Shown here: positions 15,233 through 27,529 of the stretch, piece by piece
Position numbering within the stretch: position 1 is the first letter of the stretch
Layout: the number at the start of each line of letters is the position of its first letter
Assembly (NCBI GenBank): GCA_964016885.1
Contig: OZ024741.1
Location: forward strand, 188,604,001 to 188,668,000
DNA from: Eledone cirrhosa
Lineage: Eukaryota
DNA length: 64,000 bases
Direction: 5' to 3'
Notes under the pieces: generated by a model
The model's input: the letters and a program-made list of their open reading frames with translations, nothing else
Database searches by the model: none
What the model was told of the DNA's origin: nothing
Position numbers and translations under genes: made by a program

Positions 15233-16422
15233 ATATGTTTATGTATATATGATGGGGGGAGGGTGAGAGAAATAGAGAGATGGGAAAGAGGGAGAAAAAC
15301 AAACAAATTTAAGATGATTATTTTGATGAGATTAGCTCCACCCATAATCCATTTTGGTGTTTATGATTATATATGGTTGGCTGGGTGGCTCTGATGATGA
15401 GTTTTGTGGCTGGTTTATTTTTGTGGTAACTGGACATGTAATTGACATGATGATGATGATGATAATGATGACAAAGGTGGCAATAATGGTGGTAGTGATT
15501 ATGGTGGTGGTGGTGATAGATATGGTGATTGTGGTGGTGGCAGTTATGCTGATGGTGATGGCAGTTATGATGATGGTGGTTGTGGTGATGTTGGTGATGA
15601 TGGTAGTGGTGTACCAAAGATTTTAGAATATGGGCTGGAGATGGCCATATCCACTTATGCTGCAAGGAAATAACCAATGAAAGAGGTGATGAACAAGGTT
15701 TTTCTCTCAGCTTGTTTATGCCATTTATGCAGACTAACATTACACATTCATTAGAGCATGCTTACTTCATTTCTTTCTAGCATTTGCAGGCAGGTCTTCT
15801 GCAATCAAGGCCTATGTCTCACTATGCAGCATTGAAGTTCACATGTAGGCATCATACAGTCTTTCCTTCACTCTGAATAAATATTTAGACACACACACAC
15901 AGACACATGCAGACATAGAAACACATAGTCCAAGGTATAAAATTCCTGAAAAATATTGGTTTCTAATTTTGGCACAAGGCTAGCTATTTGTGGAAAGGGA
16001 TTGTTGATTATAGTGACTCCAGTACTTGAATAGTACTGGGGTCATTATAGACCCTGGAAAGATAAAGTCATAATTTACAGATTTGGAAAAAAAATGCTGC
16101 AAAGCATTTTGTCAGATGTAACAATTCTGCCAATCTACCCCACTCAAAATTCTTGAAAAATAAAGACATGATGATCATTGCTGGAACCCCTTTGAGCAGT
16201 GGTCTGCTAGATTATCTAAAAGATAATCAAGACAATATTAAACAACAATAATACCAATATTCATATCACCTCTTTAGAATACTTTTCTTCTTCAGCTAAC
16301 ATGGCACACTGGATAATATGTTGTTTGATGCTGACTGGTTCCCCAAAATATTCATTTTCTCCATGTTTCTCAATCAGTCCAAAGACATCATTGACAATAT
16401 TCTCAGTAGTTGTTGTTGACAT
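11905..16422 (-). CDS. phnZ: PhnZ/TmpB-like HD-domain di-iron oxygenase (putative 2-amino-1-hydroxyethylphosphonate dioxygenase), 3 coding exons: 16422-16270, 13493-13268, 12107-11905; 193 aa
   Basis: Three ORF pieces join via GT-AG introns with matching phases (0, then 1) into 582 nt. The protein has EY25FGE28, QH35, H59D60xGH63, DH86E, HH110VxAK114RYL, LTDASKKTLELQGG and R164xWD167, matching the PhnZ motif series (Y24/E27/H34/H58-D59/H62/H80/H104/K108/R158/D161). Confidence 0.88.
12300..12600 (-). mobile_element. Degraded CRE-like retroelement 3' end in phnZ intron
   Basis: Minus-strand pieces GILGPRTADFL and LCSNAFTVL resemble GVLGPRATSLL and LRGNAFSIL of the 23233-24514 element. Confidence 0.4.
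12617..13050. mobile_element. SINE B (+, 12617-12878) abutting SINE A (-, 12884-13050)
   Basis: Similarity to other copies in the window. Confidence 0.75.
13268..13493 (-). CDS. phnZ: PhnZ-like coding exon 2 (VILGAFFHDFGH...KFYYD)
   Basis: Acceptor ttccttgctttgttttaag|GTC; donor GACA|GTGAGT (phase 1); contains HD and HVxAKRYL motifs. Confidence 0.9.
13620..13890 (+). mobile_element. Decayed RTE fragment
   Basis: tggatgtataatg...gggctgcactggtaaggacatgtaat resembles the RWMCN...LRWYGHVM region. Confidence 0.6.
13988..14205 (+). mobile_element. SINE family A
   Basis: Similarity to other copies. Confidence 0.8.
16270..16422 (-). CDS. phnZ: PhnZ-like coding exon 1 (MSTTTTENIV...EEEKYSKE, 51 aa)
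   Basis: ATG at 16422, preceded by a tttcag acceptor (exon starts 16436, implying an upstream 5'UTR exon). Donor GAG|GTGATA at 16270/16269, phase 0. Confidence 0.85.
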
Positions 16423-16563
16423 TTTCAAGGAATTCACTGAAATGGAATTAGATTTACCAAGATTGAAAAAATATTTGAAATAAAATATAAAATAAGATGA
16501 GCCAAAGTGGTTATTTGACTTCATAGCAGCAATAGCTAAATCTCCCTCAAATCACCATCTTAA

Positions 16564-16671
16564 CCTTCAGCACGCTCTAGGAGCATTATGTTGCCAATAG
16601 AGTAATCTCCCCTTAATACATAATGTAGTGTCAAGGGAAGCAATTTATAATAATTTCTAGTGTGCTAAAGG
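16564..16671. mobile_element. 108-bp MITE with TTAA target-site duplication (piggyBac-type termini)
   Basis: TTAA|ccttcagcac ... gtgctaaagg|TTAA; 10-bp TIR with one mismatch. Confidence 0.6.
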
Positions 16672-17269
16672 TTAAAAATAGAAAAGACACATTATGTAGG
16701 TATGTGTGTATTCTATTCTAACCTATAGAATGTAACTTTAGATTTTAGCCAACACCATATGTGAAAAAAAACATATAAATATTTTATCTTTATACACAAT
16801 ACCTTTGTGGGCTGAAAGAAAGGGATCAGCCAGACTAGTTTCAATTTTTGTGTTGGGATTTTATCAATGACTGAGTATCCTCTTTAACTGTTCACAGTGA
16901 TCCTGTTTATAAAACTCATATCACTAAGGGCTTAAGTAAATCTGATAGGTTGATTTTCTGAGACGTGTATAGACTTCATTTCATGGTTATTCCTTACAGT
17001 TCTGTACTCATGTCATGTAATTTGAAGGTTGCAATGAATTAATAGCATTAAAGAACATTTTAATAAATATTGTCAACTGCTATAAGAGGCTAAGGAGATG
17101 CATTAAACAAAAAAAAACAAACTACGGAAGCATTAAGTTGATGGACCAGCTTATGAAAGTTACTTATTGCACAACTATTTCAGGATAGAATTAACATAGA
17201 CAAGAGGTAGTTTAGCTTTATGCTGGATAGATGTGCCACAGATGCTTTCTTCCTTGTGAGACAGATGTA

Positions 17270-18035
17270 GAAGTACCCAGCTAAGATTTAGCCCTATTTC
17301 TAGTATTTATTGATCTAGGAAAAGCTTTTGACAGGGTTTCCTGCTCCATAATCTGGTGAGCTCTTGTGAAACTAGGGGTAGAGGAATGGCTGGTAAGCGT
17401 GGTACAAGCTATGTACAGATATGCAGTCGATAAAGCTAGAGTCAGCAATGAATATAGTGCCAAATTTAGTGTGCTGGAGGGGATCCACCAGTTTCTGTCC
17501 TCAACCCCCTCCTATTTATTATTGCCCTTCAGGCCATAACAGAGGAGTTAAAACTGGCCACCCATGGAACTCTCATATGACTGGTTGGAAAAGGTTCAGG
17601 AAGCTATTACCACTGTTAGTTACAAAGGGTCTCTCACTCAGAGTGAAAGGCAGATTGTATGATGCTTGTGTGCAAACAGCCATGTTGTATTGTAGTGACA
17701 CTTTGGCTTTGTGTAAGGACTTACAAATATTTGAAAGAAATGAGCACCTGAATATCAATGAGCAGTGAAAAAAAACGGGTATAAGAGGCATCAGTTGCAG
17801 TGAGCAGGAAAGGAGACTGCAATGGTATCGACATGTAATACATATTAAGGATGACAGCTGCATAAAGAAATGCAGGTCCTTTGAAATCAAAGAACCCTTG
17901 GAAGGGTAGACCTAGGAAAACTTGGGATGATGTGGTGAGGGCTGACCTCATGCAGCCGAACCTCACAAAATGATACAGGACTGAGAAAACAGGTAACATT
18001 ATGTCATATAAGGTACTTGCCTTTCCATGCAAATG
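17270..18035 (+). mobile_element. Internally deleted RTE LINE remnant
   Basis: tttattgatctaggaaaagcttttgacagg (FIDLxKAFDR) and GWKRFRKLLPLL...LYDACV...GRPRKTW pieces. Confidence 0.75.
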
Positions 18036-21000
18036 GAATGAAAGAACACAACGAGGAAGGCTACCTTAAATCCGAAGAAGCAGAGAGTTGGTACAACACT
18101 CGTGTCCCATCTCCTGCTTCTAGTATACTCCTGAAATCCTTGCCAGCATGCCCCTGACTCCTCTTCTCCATTCTAGATCCAAAGAAGTAGAAATGGAACA
18201 ACTCTCAGGTCCTCATCTGCCAATATACTCCTGACTTTTTCATCCAACCCATGCTAACATGGAAATCTAGTAGAAACCTTGACTGATTTCCCTTCCTGCC
18301 GAACCATTGCACCCCCAACACTTTCCCAACCCAGGAAAGCCTGGCACACAGCAAAATAACAGATACCACTCACCCAGCTACTTGCCCCAAGCAGCATGTC
18401 CCCCTTTTAGGTCACAAAGACAAGCCCAGCACCACCTCTGGCCCCCACCTCCAGCAATGCAATGCCAGTACTCCACTCTCACTCTCCAGATGTAAAATAT
18501 AGGCTCCATAGCTGGTAACAGGTCCAGGCCAGATGTAAAGTGTAGGACCCCAAAGCTAATAAGTCCAAGTCAGATTGTAGGCGCCGTTTCAAACATTAAG
18601 TGTTTTAGTAATTCGTGCTAAATACATATGATTTATGTATGGGTTGTGGGTATAGACATCTACATAACGTACTTACAAGTAACTGAACAGGAAAAAAAAA
18701 AAGAATTTGAGGGGAGCATGCCGTCTGAAAATTGTAGACCCAGGGGGAGGGGGGGGGAACTAGGGCTGGGGGCGGACATGGTCTCCTCAATAATTATATT
18801 GTTCTCCCCAAACTACCAAAACGCACATCTATTTGTATATGCGCTACTATTTATGTACATGTTATGTTTATCGAATATCGACATTTTTTTTATATCTTGA
18901 TTGATATTTGATAACACTGTAATGTATTATGTTAACATTCATAGTACATCTTTGTCATGTCATAACTTTTTCTCCACATATCGCTATTTGCCAATTGGTA
19001 GTATGTGTATTCAGAGACTGATTTCATAGGTCATTTTGCTATAATTACTTTAAAATTATTGAAAGCTGTAAAAGTAATATGACCTGCTTGAACTCAAATA
19101 GCATTTTAGAGTGTAAAGAGCTAAACTAATCACTACAACTAAATTGACAAAATTTGGCCTCCCCAATTCAGAAATGCTTCCACCGTCCCCGAGAACCCCT
19201 GCCAACTGGCCCACTTGTTCTTGTCTGATCACATAGACGATAATAAATAGAAGTTTTAAAAATGGTATATATGATTTAAATGAAAACAAAACTAAGTTAC
19301 TTACAGACAATTTGTCTAAAATTTTGTATTGAATAAAATCCAGAAAGATCCAAACTTCAGTTTAAATGGTTTAAGTAAGCACCTTTTTATTTATATGACA
19401 ACTTTTAGGGGAGTGTGCGTGCATATGCACGTGTGTGAGCATGCAGCGGAAGGTAGCTTTTTATTAACCATAGCTATTATCTCTAGAGTCATCACTTATT
19501 GTCAAAGGGCGCTAAAATAGATAATAATTAAGTCAAGTATTTAAAATCTTTAGATAAAAGGAAGCTTTAATACCGCTGATCGTTCTAAATTTTCTATATT
19601 GGCCACATACTATTTTTTTTTTAATGAATAAACATTTTCGTTTTGTTAACGACACGAAGTTAACGAAATCAATCAATACATAATTAAATATCATATATGT
19701 CACTAGTTATATGTCCAACTGTACACAGAGTTGTCAGATCACAAATATATTTCACAGGCAACATATTCATAAAATTTGATTAGATTTTACTACATTTTGT
19801 GATATATATCCAATATTTTATTCACAGTTGTATAAATGACACTACAAATATGTTTTAAATATATGCATAAATAACATTATAAGTTGCTAGTAAATTCGTT
19901 CTGAAGAGTATTACAAATATAATTTTTTTTGCACAAGGCCAGCAAGTACCTCAGTGCATTACTGGTGCGTTACAAATATAATGTCGTTGACAAACTCAAA
20001 TATAAACGCATAAAAGAGAGATAAAAATAAACAAAACAAAAGAAGAAAAAAAATTTATCTCAAGATTAACGACGGCACAATGTTGCAATGTAAATTTTCC
20101 AAATAGCTGGTCTATAACGAAGTTATATAAATGCTATATTAAAACAGTAGAATGTAATATAAATATTTCACACACATCAATGTACCGTTAAGTTATATAA
20201 ATGTTACACAACTATCTTTTTTGTTTTAGATCTTTAACTGGTTTTATTTACAGTTGAATAAATAACATTACAAATTATTCACAAGTTCTTTCAGATGAAA
20301 ATAAAATCACATACAATAAATACAATGTGTATAAAAATATCTCTATTTGATTTCTAACTTTGAAAAATTGTCACACTTTATTTATTCAACTGAGGATGTT
20401 GAGTTTTTTACGGTTTGAAATAAGTTTGTGTTTTTTTAATGTATGTACTTGTTTATCGTACAAAGGTCAACTTTACCTTTTATTCTAGTTGGGTCAATAG
20501 AATAAAATATCAGTCAAGTATTGGGTCGATTTAATCGAATAACATCTCGCTTGAAATTTGTGATCTTGTGCCTATATTAAAAATTGTTATCATTTCATCA
20601 CTCTTGAGGCAAATAAAGAAATGCACCGAAGTCAACTTTGTCTTTCATCTTTCCGGGGTCAATAAATTAAAGTACCAGTTATGTACTGTTTCGACTTCCC
20701 CTTTCCTTAAATTGTGCCAATGGTAGAAAGAATTATTATCGTTGTTGTTCTTCTCGTGTTTTATTTATTTATTTTTTTTGTGTGTGGAGTCATTGAGAGT
20801 TACCGGCCTTGATAAGTCTTAAAAGAAATTCTACATTTTTACAACCAGCTGAGTTCTATGATATAAACGTCGGCTACGACGGTGGAAAAGGCATATAAGA
20901 TTTTTATGCTTTAAGTTTTAAAATACGACAATCTGGACAATAATGATGTGGTCCCAGAAGTCAGAAGTTTTAAGAATTTTCTGACTCATAAACACACACA

Positions 21001-21166
21001 CATACACACACACACACACTGTCGAAGAGTGGAAGATATTGTACGTAGATTGATATGGAAAGCTCTACTCATCGACTGTGACAGTCTTCATCAATTAAGT
21101 ACCCCCCCCCCCACCAGAATTAAAGATTTTAGCTCTTATTGAAACTGAATTATGAGATTTAGTCTC

Positions 21167-21649
21167 TGTTGTGTACGGGTTCCCAAGTAAGAACAAGTGT
21201 AAAGGCGGTAGGAAGTTGTATTAAACAACGTAAGTATAACTGTACGCAGGATGGCACGGAGTCGCAAGCAAAGCACGATGTACGAAGTATAGTGTCACGT
21301 TCACCTGCGTGTGCGCACACGTTGAGTCCAAGGTCTTATTGGACGGGCGAGCCAATCAATGTGGATTGGCAGTATCGGTAGAGAGTCGGACGCCATGCTT
21401 TCCAACATAGTTACGTCCCTTTACGATCTGAGTTCAAATCCCGCCGAGGTTGACTTTGCCTTTCATCCTTACGGGGTCGATAAAATAAAGTACCAGTAAT
21501 GCACTGGGTATTTGCTGGCCTTGTGCCTAAAGTAGAAACAAATATGAATACTGTGTGTGATTGGCCGATGAGTGGCTGGAACGTGTTACGCGTAATGAAA
21601 GAAAGGGAATAAATACGGATAGGAGAGAAGCATTAATGTAGACACAACA
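21167..21649 (-). repeat. 3' LTR of Gypsy #1, interrupted by SINE A (about 21361-21542, +)
   Basis: Aligns to 26472-26790 apart from the SINE insertion after ccaatcaat. Confidence 0.9.
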
Positions 21650-23232
21650 TTTTCTCCCCTCTTTTTTAAAGCTGTAAGCGTGGCAAAAACTGGCGACTAT
21701 TGTAGATTCGCCCATTTTCTAGTCGGAATGTGTGAGGACCAATGCAGTCGACTATTTTGAGTAGTGGAGATAATTTCGGTCTTCCTTTTACTGTACTACT
21801 CTCTCTTACACGCACATTTTGACCGACTTCAGAGATTTTGTCTTTTCGCTATAAGATGCTTGGTATTTAGACAATTTTGCTTTAGCCTCAATATCCGACG
21901 ACTGAGCACATGTGGTGGCATCTAAGGCGGCAGCGCTTAATTTAGTGCGCAAGGGTCGACCTAAGAACAGTTCTGCCGGTGTCACTTCGGTCGCACTGTG
22001 GGGCGTCGATCGTAGTGTCTGCAGCGCCTTCGATACTGCGTCTTCCCATGTCAGACCGTCAAGTTGTAGTGTTTGAATAGTTTCTTTAAGTGTTTTATTT
22101 CATCTTTTCACCAACCCGTTTGCTTGAGGATTACAAGGGGCAGATTTGGAGTGCTTAATCCCATTTTCCCTGAGGAAGGTTTCGAACAATCCACTGCGGA
22201 ATTGGGGACCATTGTCCAACACGAGATCTTCCGGCAGGCCAACACGCGCAAACACAGAAGATAACCAAGTGATTATATGGGCAGTTGTAGCTTGTCCACA
22301 TGCACAGACTTTGCACCACCGACTCTAGTAACAGATCAGTACGACAAGGAAAGCTTTGTTTTTCAGTGCTGTTGCGAAGGGGCACATGATGTCAATTGCC
22401 ACTTTGGCCCATGGTTTTAAAGGATACTGAACGGGTTGAAATGCAGCGGGTAATGGCTTTGACGATTTGTCAGACTTGATGCATGCCTGGCATGAACGGA
22501 GAAACAATTAGGCCACCAGTACCATTGATGCAGCCGTTGTTTCGTTCGCACAATACCGGGATGACCTAAATGTGCAAGAACCATAACTCGTCTTTGTAAA
22601 CTGATAGGAACGACCAAGATGCTTCCGCGAAACATGCACTCCCGTAGTATGGACAGCTGAGAGCGGACTTGGAAATATGACCGAAGAGTGTTGTCAACGC
22701 ATCGACATGGAGGCCATCCCTCCGTAATAAACTGTTTTACGCTTTTCAGAACGGTATCGTTTTCCAACTCTAGAGCAAATTCAGATAGCGGAAGGGCATG
22801 TTCCTCCCGAGGTGCAAGGCTGGCTATAATTTCGTTATTTTCGTTCAGTTCTATGGCTGGAAAATGCGGCGACCGAGACAACGCATCGGCGACTTGATTG
22901 TTCGTTCCGGATCTATATTCAACGCGGAAATCGTAAGTCAAAAGGCGGGCATACCAACGTGAGATTCTTAAGGGTCGATGACCATTTCCGCCGGTACTCA
23001 ACAGGGTTGTCAATGATGAATGGTCGGTGCGGAGTACGAAACGACGTCCAAAGAGATAGTAATGCCATTTTTCGCATGCCCAAATGCATGCGAGCGCTTC
23101 TTTTTCGCCTACGGAGTATTTTTGTTCCGTTGTCGACAAAGATCTTGACGCATACGCGACAACTCGTTCGAAACCGTTTTGCATTTTTGATAGGACGCCG
23201 CCAAGACCAATGCCAGACGCATCTGTAGATAC

Positions 23233-24514
23233 TTTTTTTTCTTCTAATTGTATAGATTTTATTATAATATATATATTATAATATTTCAATGTATAGTTCC
23301 GAATAGTATCTATGAATAATACAGAGTCTAAGCCGTAAAGTACAATAGAAAAGCTCTGGCACTTGAAACGGGAAGTATTTATATAGCTATTGATGTTTAA
23401 ACGAACAAATAAGATAGAATTCAGATTGTTGACTTATCATTGCTATGAAGGCATATATATATGTTTATGTATATGTATAATAAACATATAGTTAGAGAAA
23501 AGCAAGGAAGAATGACAATGATGCTGAATGAAAATAAAAGTAATATATATAAACATACACATACCGACCATAATTAAATATGGAATGATACGCGATGCCC
23601 CCCCCCCCCCAGCCCCGGTGGTCAGAATGGAGAAGGCGTTTCCCCGGAGGACAGCAAGGGCGGGGCGACGCGCTGGAAAAGCCACTCCAACTCGCGAGGC
23701 TTACACCTGCGGTTGGCCAGCTCAGCGCCTATGGGGGTGAGTAGGGAGGTAGCCCTAGGGCCAAGGACACCAGAAGTCTCTACTACCAGGGGTACAACCG
23801 CAAACCTGTCGGAGAGCGACCGGTATTTGAGGAGTTTAGCCTCCTCAGCCCGACGTGCAGCAGAACCCGGGTTAATTGCAGACTGCACCAGGTTGCGGCT
23901 GCAGAAAGTATCTGTGTAAGTGGCATCCCAGACGAGGGGTTTGCCACCGGGGAACGGGAAGATGGTCATGCCATCTGGCCTTTTGACGTTCTCTCGGTCC
24001 AGCCCCACCGGCTCGAGCTGGGAAAGGAAGCCTGCAGCATCCAAGCCATGCTTTATGACCTCGTTGAGGGCAGCATGGTGTGGAAGGCGGCCGGCACTGT
24101 GGCGACAGGAAAGCGGGTGGAGGCCGAAAGGGTCCACGGTGGAACCGCAGCGACATTGGTGTGGCTCGCAGATCCGGAGGCTCAGCCTCAAGGAAACGCC
24201 GGTGCGCAGGCTATTGTTGTCTGGCTGCATGCCAGTGGAGGAGGGCAGGGAATGGAGCCAGGCACCACTGTGGGGTTTGGAGGCCGCACAAAAACAAGCA
24301 AGACCGTGCTGGTCGAGCTGGCGCGTGAGCCTGTCTGAGGCCAGGCTGCACTGGATGGCATCCCAAGTGCTTTGGGGGCACTTGACGTCAACAGGGGGAG
24401 AAGGAGGAGGGACGTCTACTGGGCTGAGTCCCAACCGGTCGCACGTCTCACAGGCGGCCTCACGTTCTCTGAACACAGAGGGTTATATTGTGTTTAGAAG
24501 AACCCTGCTGACGA
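23233..24514 (-). mobile_element. 5'-truncated CRE-clade non-LTR retrotransposon (Zn knuckle + restriction-like endonuclease) nested in Gypsy #1 pol
   Basis: ORF 23622..24476: SGAWL...CRCG..HPLSC...RPDG...WDAT...AEEAKLLKY...ETSGVLGP, frameshifting to LRGNAFSIL. GC-rich; A-tail at 23233-23240. Removing it restores the host frame PTI|VSTDASG. Confidence 0.85.
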
Positions 24515-26471
24515 TATCGTCGGGGCGCTGCAATCAAACATCGATAGGACAGGGGGAGTAGATAATAATTCTTTTATGCGAGTAAAACTTAGTTTCTGGA
24601 TGTCTGTCAACATGAAGTCCACGTTATCGTTCGTCAGACTACGAAGAGGTTCGGTTATTGTTGCAAAATCGGGCAAAAATTTCAGGTAGAACGCACACAT
24701 TCCTAAAAACTGTCGTACTTCTTTCTTGGATGCGGGGGTCGGAGTCCGAAGCACTGCATCTACGTTTCTGTGCTGGGTCTTATGCCTTCTGATGAAATAT
24801 GATGACCCAGAAATTTTATACTGTTGACACCAAAGTGCCATTTTTCTTTGTTAAGATGGCGATCAAGTTGTTGTAAGTGGTCAAAAAGCTGTCGTAATAT
24901 TAGATCGTGTTCAGCTTTTGATGTCCCAAAGACACAAATGTCATCCATATAGAAAACGATGCCTTTCATCCCTCGTAGACTGTAAGTCATGAAGCGTTGC
25001 CATGCAGCCGGTGTAGAACTGAGACCCATAGGAAGAACTTTGTATTGAAATAGGCCTTTTGGAGTAAGGAAAGCGGTAAGCTGCCTCGATTTCTCACACA
25101 ATTCCATATGGAAATAGGTGTTAGAAACGTCCATTACGGAGAAGAAATGTTTTTATCAGGTGGTGGTACGTTTCGTTCGGCGGCAAAGCTATCACCTTTA
25201 TTCGATGCTGGCTCCTCAATTGGGTTTACATCGCCAACGGTTGAAATCATGTTCTCTAGCTTAGGCGAGATTCTAAGTAGGACCATGGCGTTACGACCTA
25301 ACAGCGGTTTACATTGCCTTGGGCCAACATAAACTGCAATCTTATAGGCGGAATTCATTTCTACCTGAATGTTGGCGAAGAAAAATCCGCGAATGCCGAC
25401 GTAGTCATCAGAATAGCTCAAGAATTTGTTTGCGGGTCGGAGTAAAGGAGACTGACTGATGTGTGGCTGATAAAAAGTTTCGGGGACTATGGTAATTGGA
25501 GATGCTGAATCAAGCTCCATCAATAAAATGGCATTTTTACCATCAGCCGACAGACTAACGCGCCGACAATCGGCTTTAGGAAGCTTAGGCTCATGATCAT
25601 TCTCGGCAGTAAGCTGACTGATGATTGAATATATTGTAACATCGTTTTCGGTTTCTATTGCTTCTTCAATACGGTGAACTGTTTTACCACGGCAGCACTT
25701 CACACAGTTCCGACAAATTGAATTTTTGACGGGGCATTGGGGAAAGGTCGCCTTATGACCAGGTTTCCCACAGCGGAAACATTTGCTTTTGGATTGCATT
25801 GAAATTTTACTTTGCTCTAGAGCAACCTTATCAATGTTATGCTGTTCTTGTTTGAAAGTCTTCACTTGAGACTTAATGCTTCCTTTGCAGAGAACTATAT
25901 TACAGGCTTTGTCGAAAGACAAGGTGCGCGAATCCTCGTTTAAAAGCGCCTCTCGTGTACTATCGCTTTCAATGCCGGAGATTAGTTGCTGCATTAACAT
26001 AGCGTCTTTAATTTTGGGCTTAGTTAGACTTTCGTATTCACATTCGGTATCTTTTTTGCGCAGTTTTAAGATAAAACTATCAGCCGACTCACCGCGGTTC
26101 TGCTGAAGGCGACTGAATTAATGCCTCGCGAAGAAAACGTTTTGTGTTGTCCCCCACAGGCGATAGAGTTCGTAAATAGCTGCGTCCACATTCTTGAAAT
26201 CGTGGCAGTCGAACTCCTGGCGACCGGCTTCACCGAGATAATGGCGCATTAAGGCTAATTTGGAGTTGTCTGTCAGCGCAATGGATGGGTTGAACACCGG
26301 AAGAAGGCTGAAATAGTTGAACAATTCCTTCTTTCACGATGTCTATTTCTGCATGGTCGGTCGGGCGAATTCATCAACCCAGAAGTAATCCAAGTGGGGT
26401 TGATTCATAGTGATTTGTCAGAAAATGATCCAATTTGTGAAAAAAATAGCAGGTAACCTCGCGACACCAAT

Positions 26472-26790
26472 TGTTGTGTACGGGTTCCCAAGTAAGAACA
26501 AGTGTAAAGACGGTAGGAAGTTGTATTAAACAACGTAAGTATAACTGTACGCAGGATGGCGCGGAGCCGCAAGCAAAGCACAGCGTACAGTATAGTGTCA
26601 CGTTCACATGCGTGTGCGCACATGTTGAGTCCAAGGCCTTATTGGACGGGCGAGCCAATCAATATGAAGACTGTGTGTGATTGGCCGATGAGTGGCCAAT
26701 AAGTGGCTGGAACGTGTTACGCATAATGAAAGAAAGGGAATAAATACGAATAGATACGGATAGGAGAGAAGCATTAATGTAGACACAACA
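26472..26790 (-). repeat. 5' LTR of Gypsy #1
   Basis: Direct repeat of the 21167 LTR; PBS adjacent. Confidence 0.9.
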
Positions 26791-27004
26791 TTTTCTCCCC
26801 TCTTTTTAAAGCTTTAAGCTTGAAAAAAAACTGGCGACATTGTAGATTCGCCCATTTTTTAGTCGGAATGTGTGAGGACCAATGCAGTCGACTATTTTGA
26901 GTGGAGATAATTTCGGTCTTCCTTTTACTGTACTACTCTCTCATACACGCACATTTTGACCGACTTCAGAGATTTTGTCTTTTTGCTATAAGATGCTTGG
27001 TATT
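26791..27004 (-). mobile_element. PPT plus 3' internal remnant of a second, tandem Gypsy #1 copy
   Basis: Near-duplicate of 21650-21868, lying outside the 5' LTR. Confidence 0.85.
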
Positions 27005-27316
27005 CTTAGTGTACTTCATACTGCTTTTAGGTAGAAGATCCCGTTAAGGTTGAAAGCATCGATTATTTGCTTAAACTTTAATATGTTATTTTAATATAGA
27101 TATTCGTGTACAGATATTTTTTCATACACAAAAACAAAATATAAACAAACAAGGCTGGCGATTACATCAGTTAGTCTTAGTGTATTTCATACTGCTTTTA
27201 GGTGAAAGCAACGATTCATTTTCTGCGTTCACAGATTGATTATTTTATTATTTTAGTTTCAGAAGATCCCGTTAAGGGTGAAAGCAACGATTCTTTGCTT
27301 AAACGTTAATCTGTTA

Positions 27317-27372
<56 letters not shown>

Positions 27373-27490
27373 TATATTCGTGTACAGATATTTTTGCATA
27401 CACAATAACCAAATATAAACAAACGTATTTATTTCACGAGGCTCCATAAGGATAAATATATATCAAATATATAAGAACCCTAGAGCAAAT

Positions 27491-27518
27491 CCCGAGCAAC
27501 GCCGGGCCATTCTGCTAG
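27491..27518 (+). mobile_element. Helitron-type 3' terminus
   Basis: Hairpin CCCG-agcaacgc-CGGG followed 8 nt later by CTAG|T; 5' end not located. Confidence 0.55.
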
Positions 27519-27529
27519 TAAGTACTATA

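Larger units (their letters stand above)
21167..26790 (-). mobile_element. Ty3/Gypsy LTR retrotransposon #1 (decayed gag-pol)
   Basis: LTRs 21167-21649 and 26472-26790 (TGTTGTG...CACAACA); PBS-like TGGTGTCGCG next to the 5' LTR; PPT at 21650-21667. Gag knuckle CFRCGKPGH, protease LDSAS, RT YMDD, RNase H TDASG...EKEALA...TDH, integrase HLGHPG; frameshifted. Confidence 0.92.

Noticed and set aside
19299-19400. Candidate phnZ 5'UTR exon (GTAAGT donor at 19304 on the minus strand)
   Set aside because: A donor hexamer alone is not distinguishable from chance; another occurs at 18676.
23920-24561. 213-aa plus-strand ORF
   Set aside because: Antisense shadow of the GC-rich CRE ORF.
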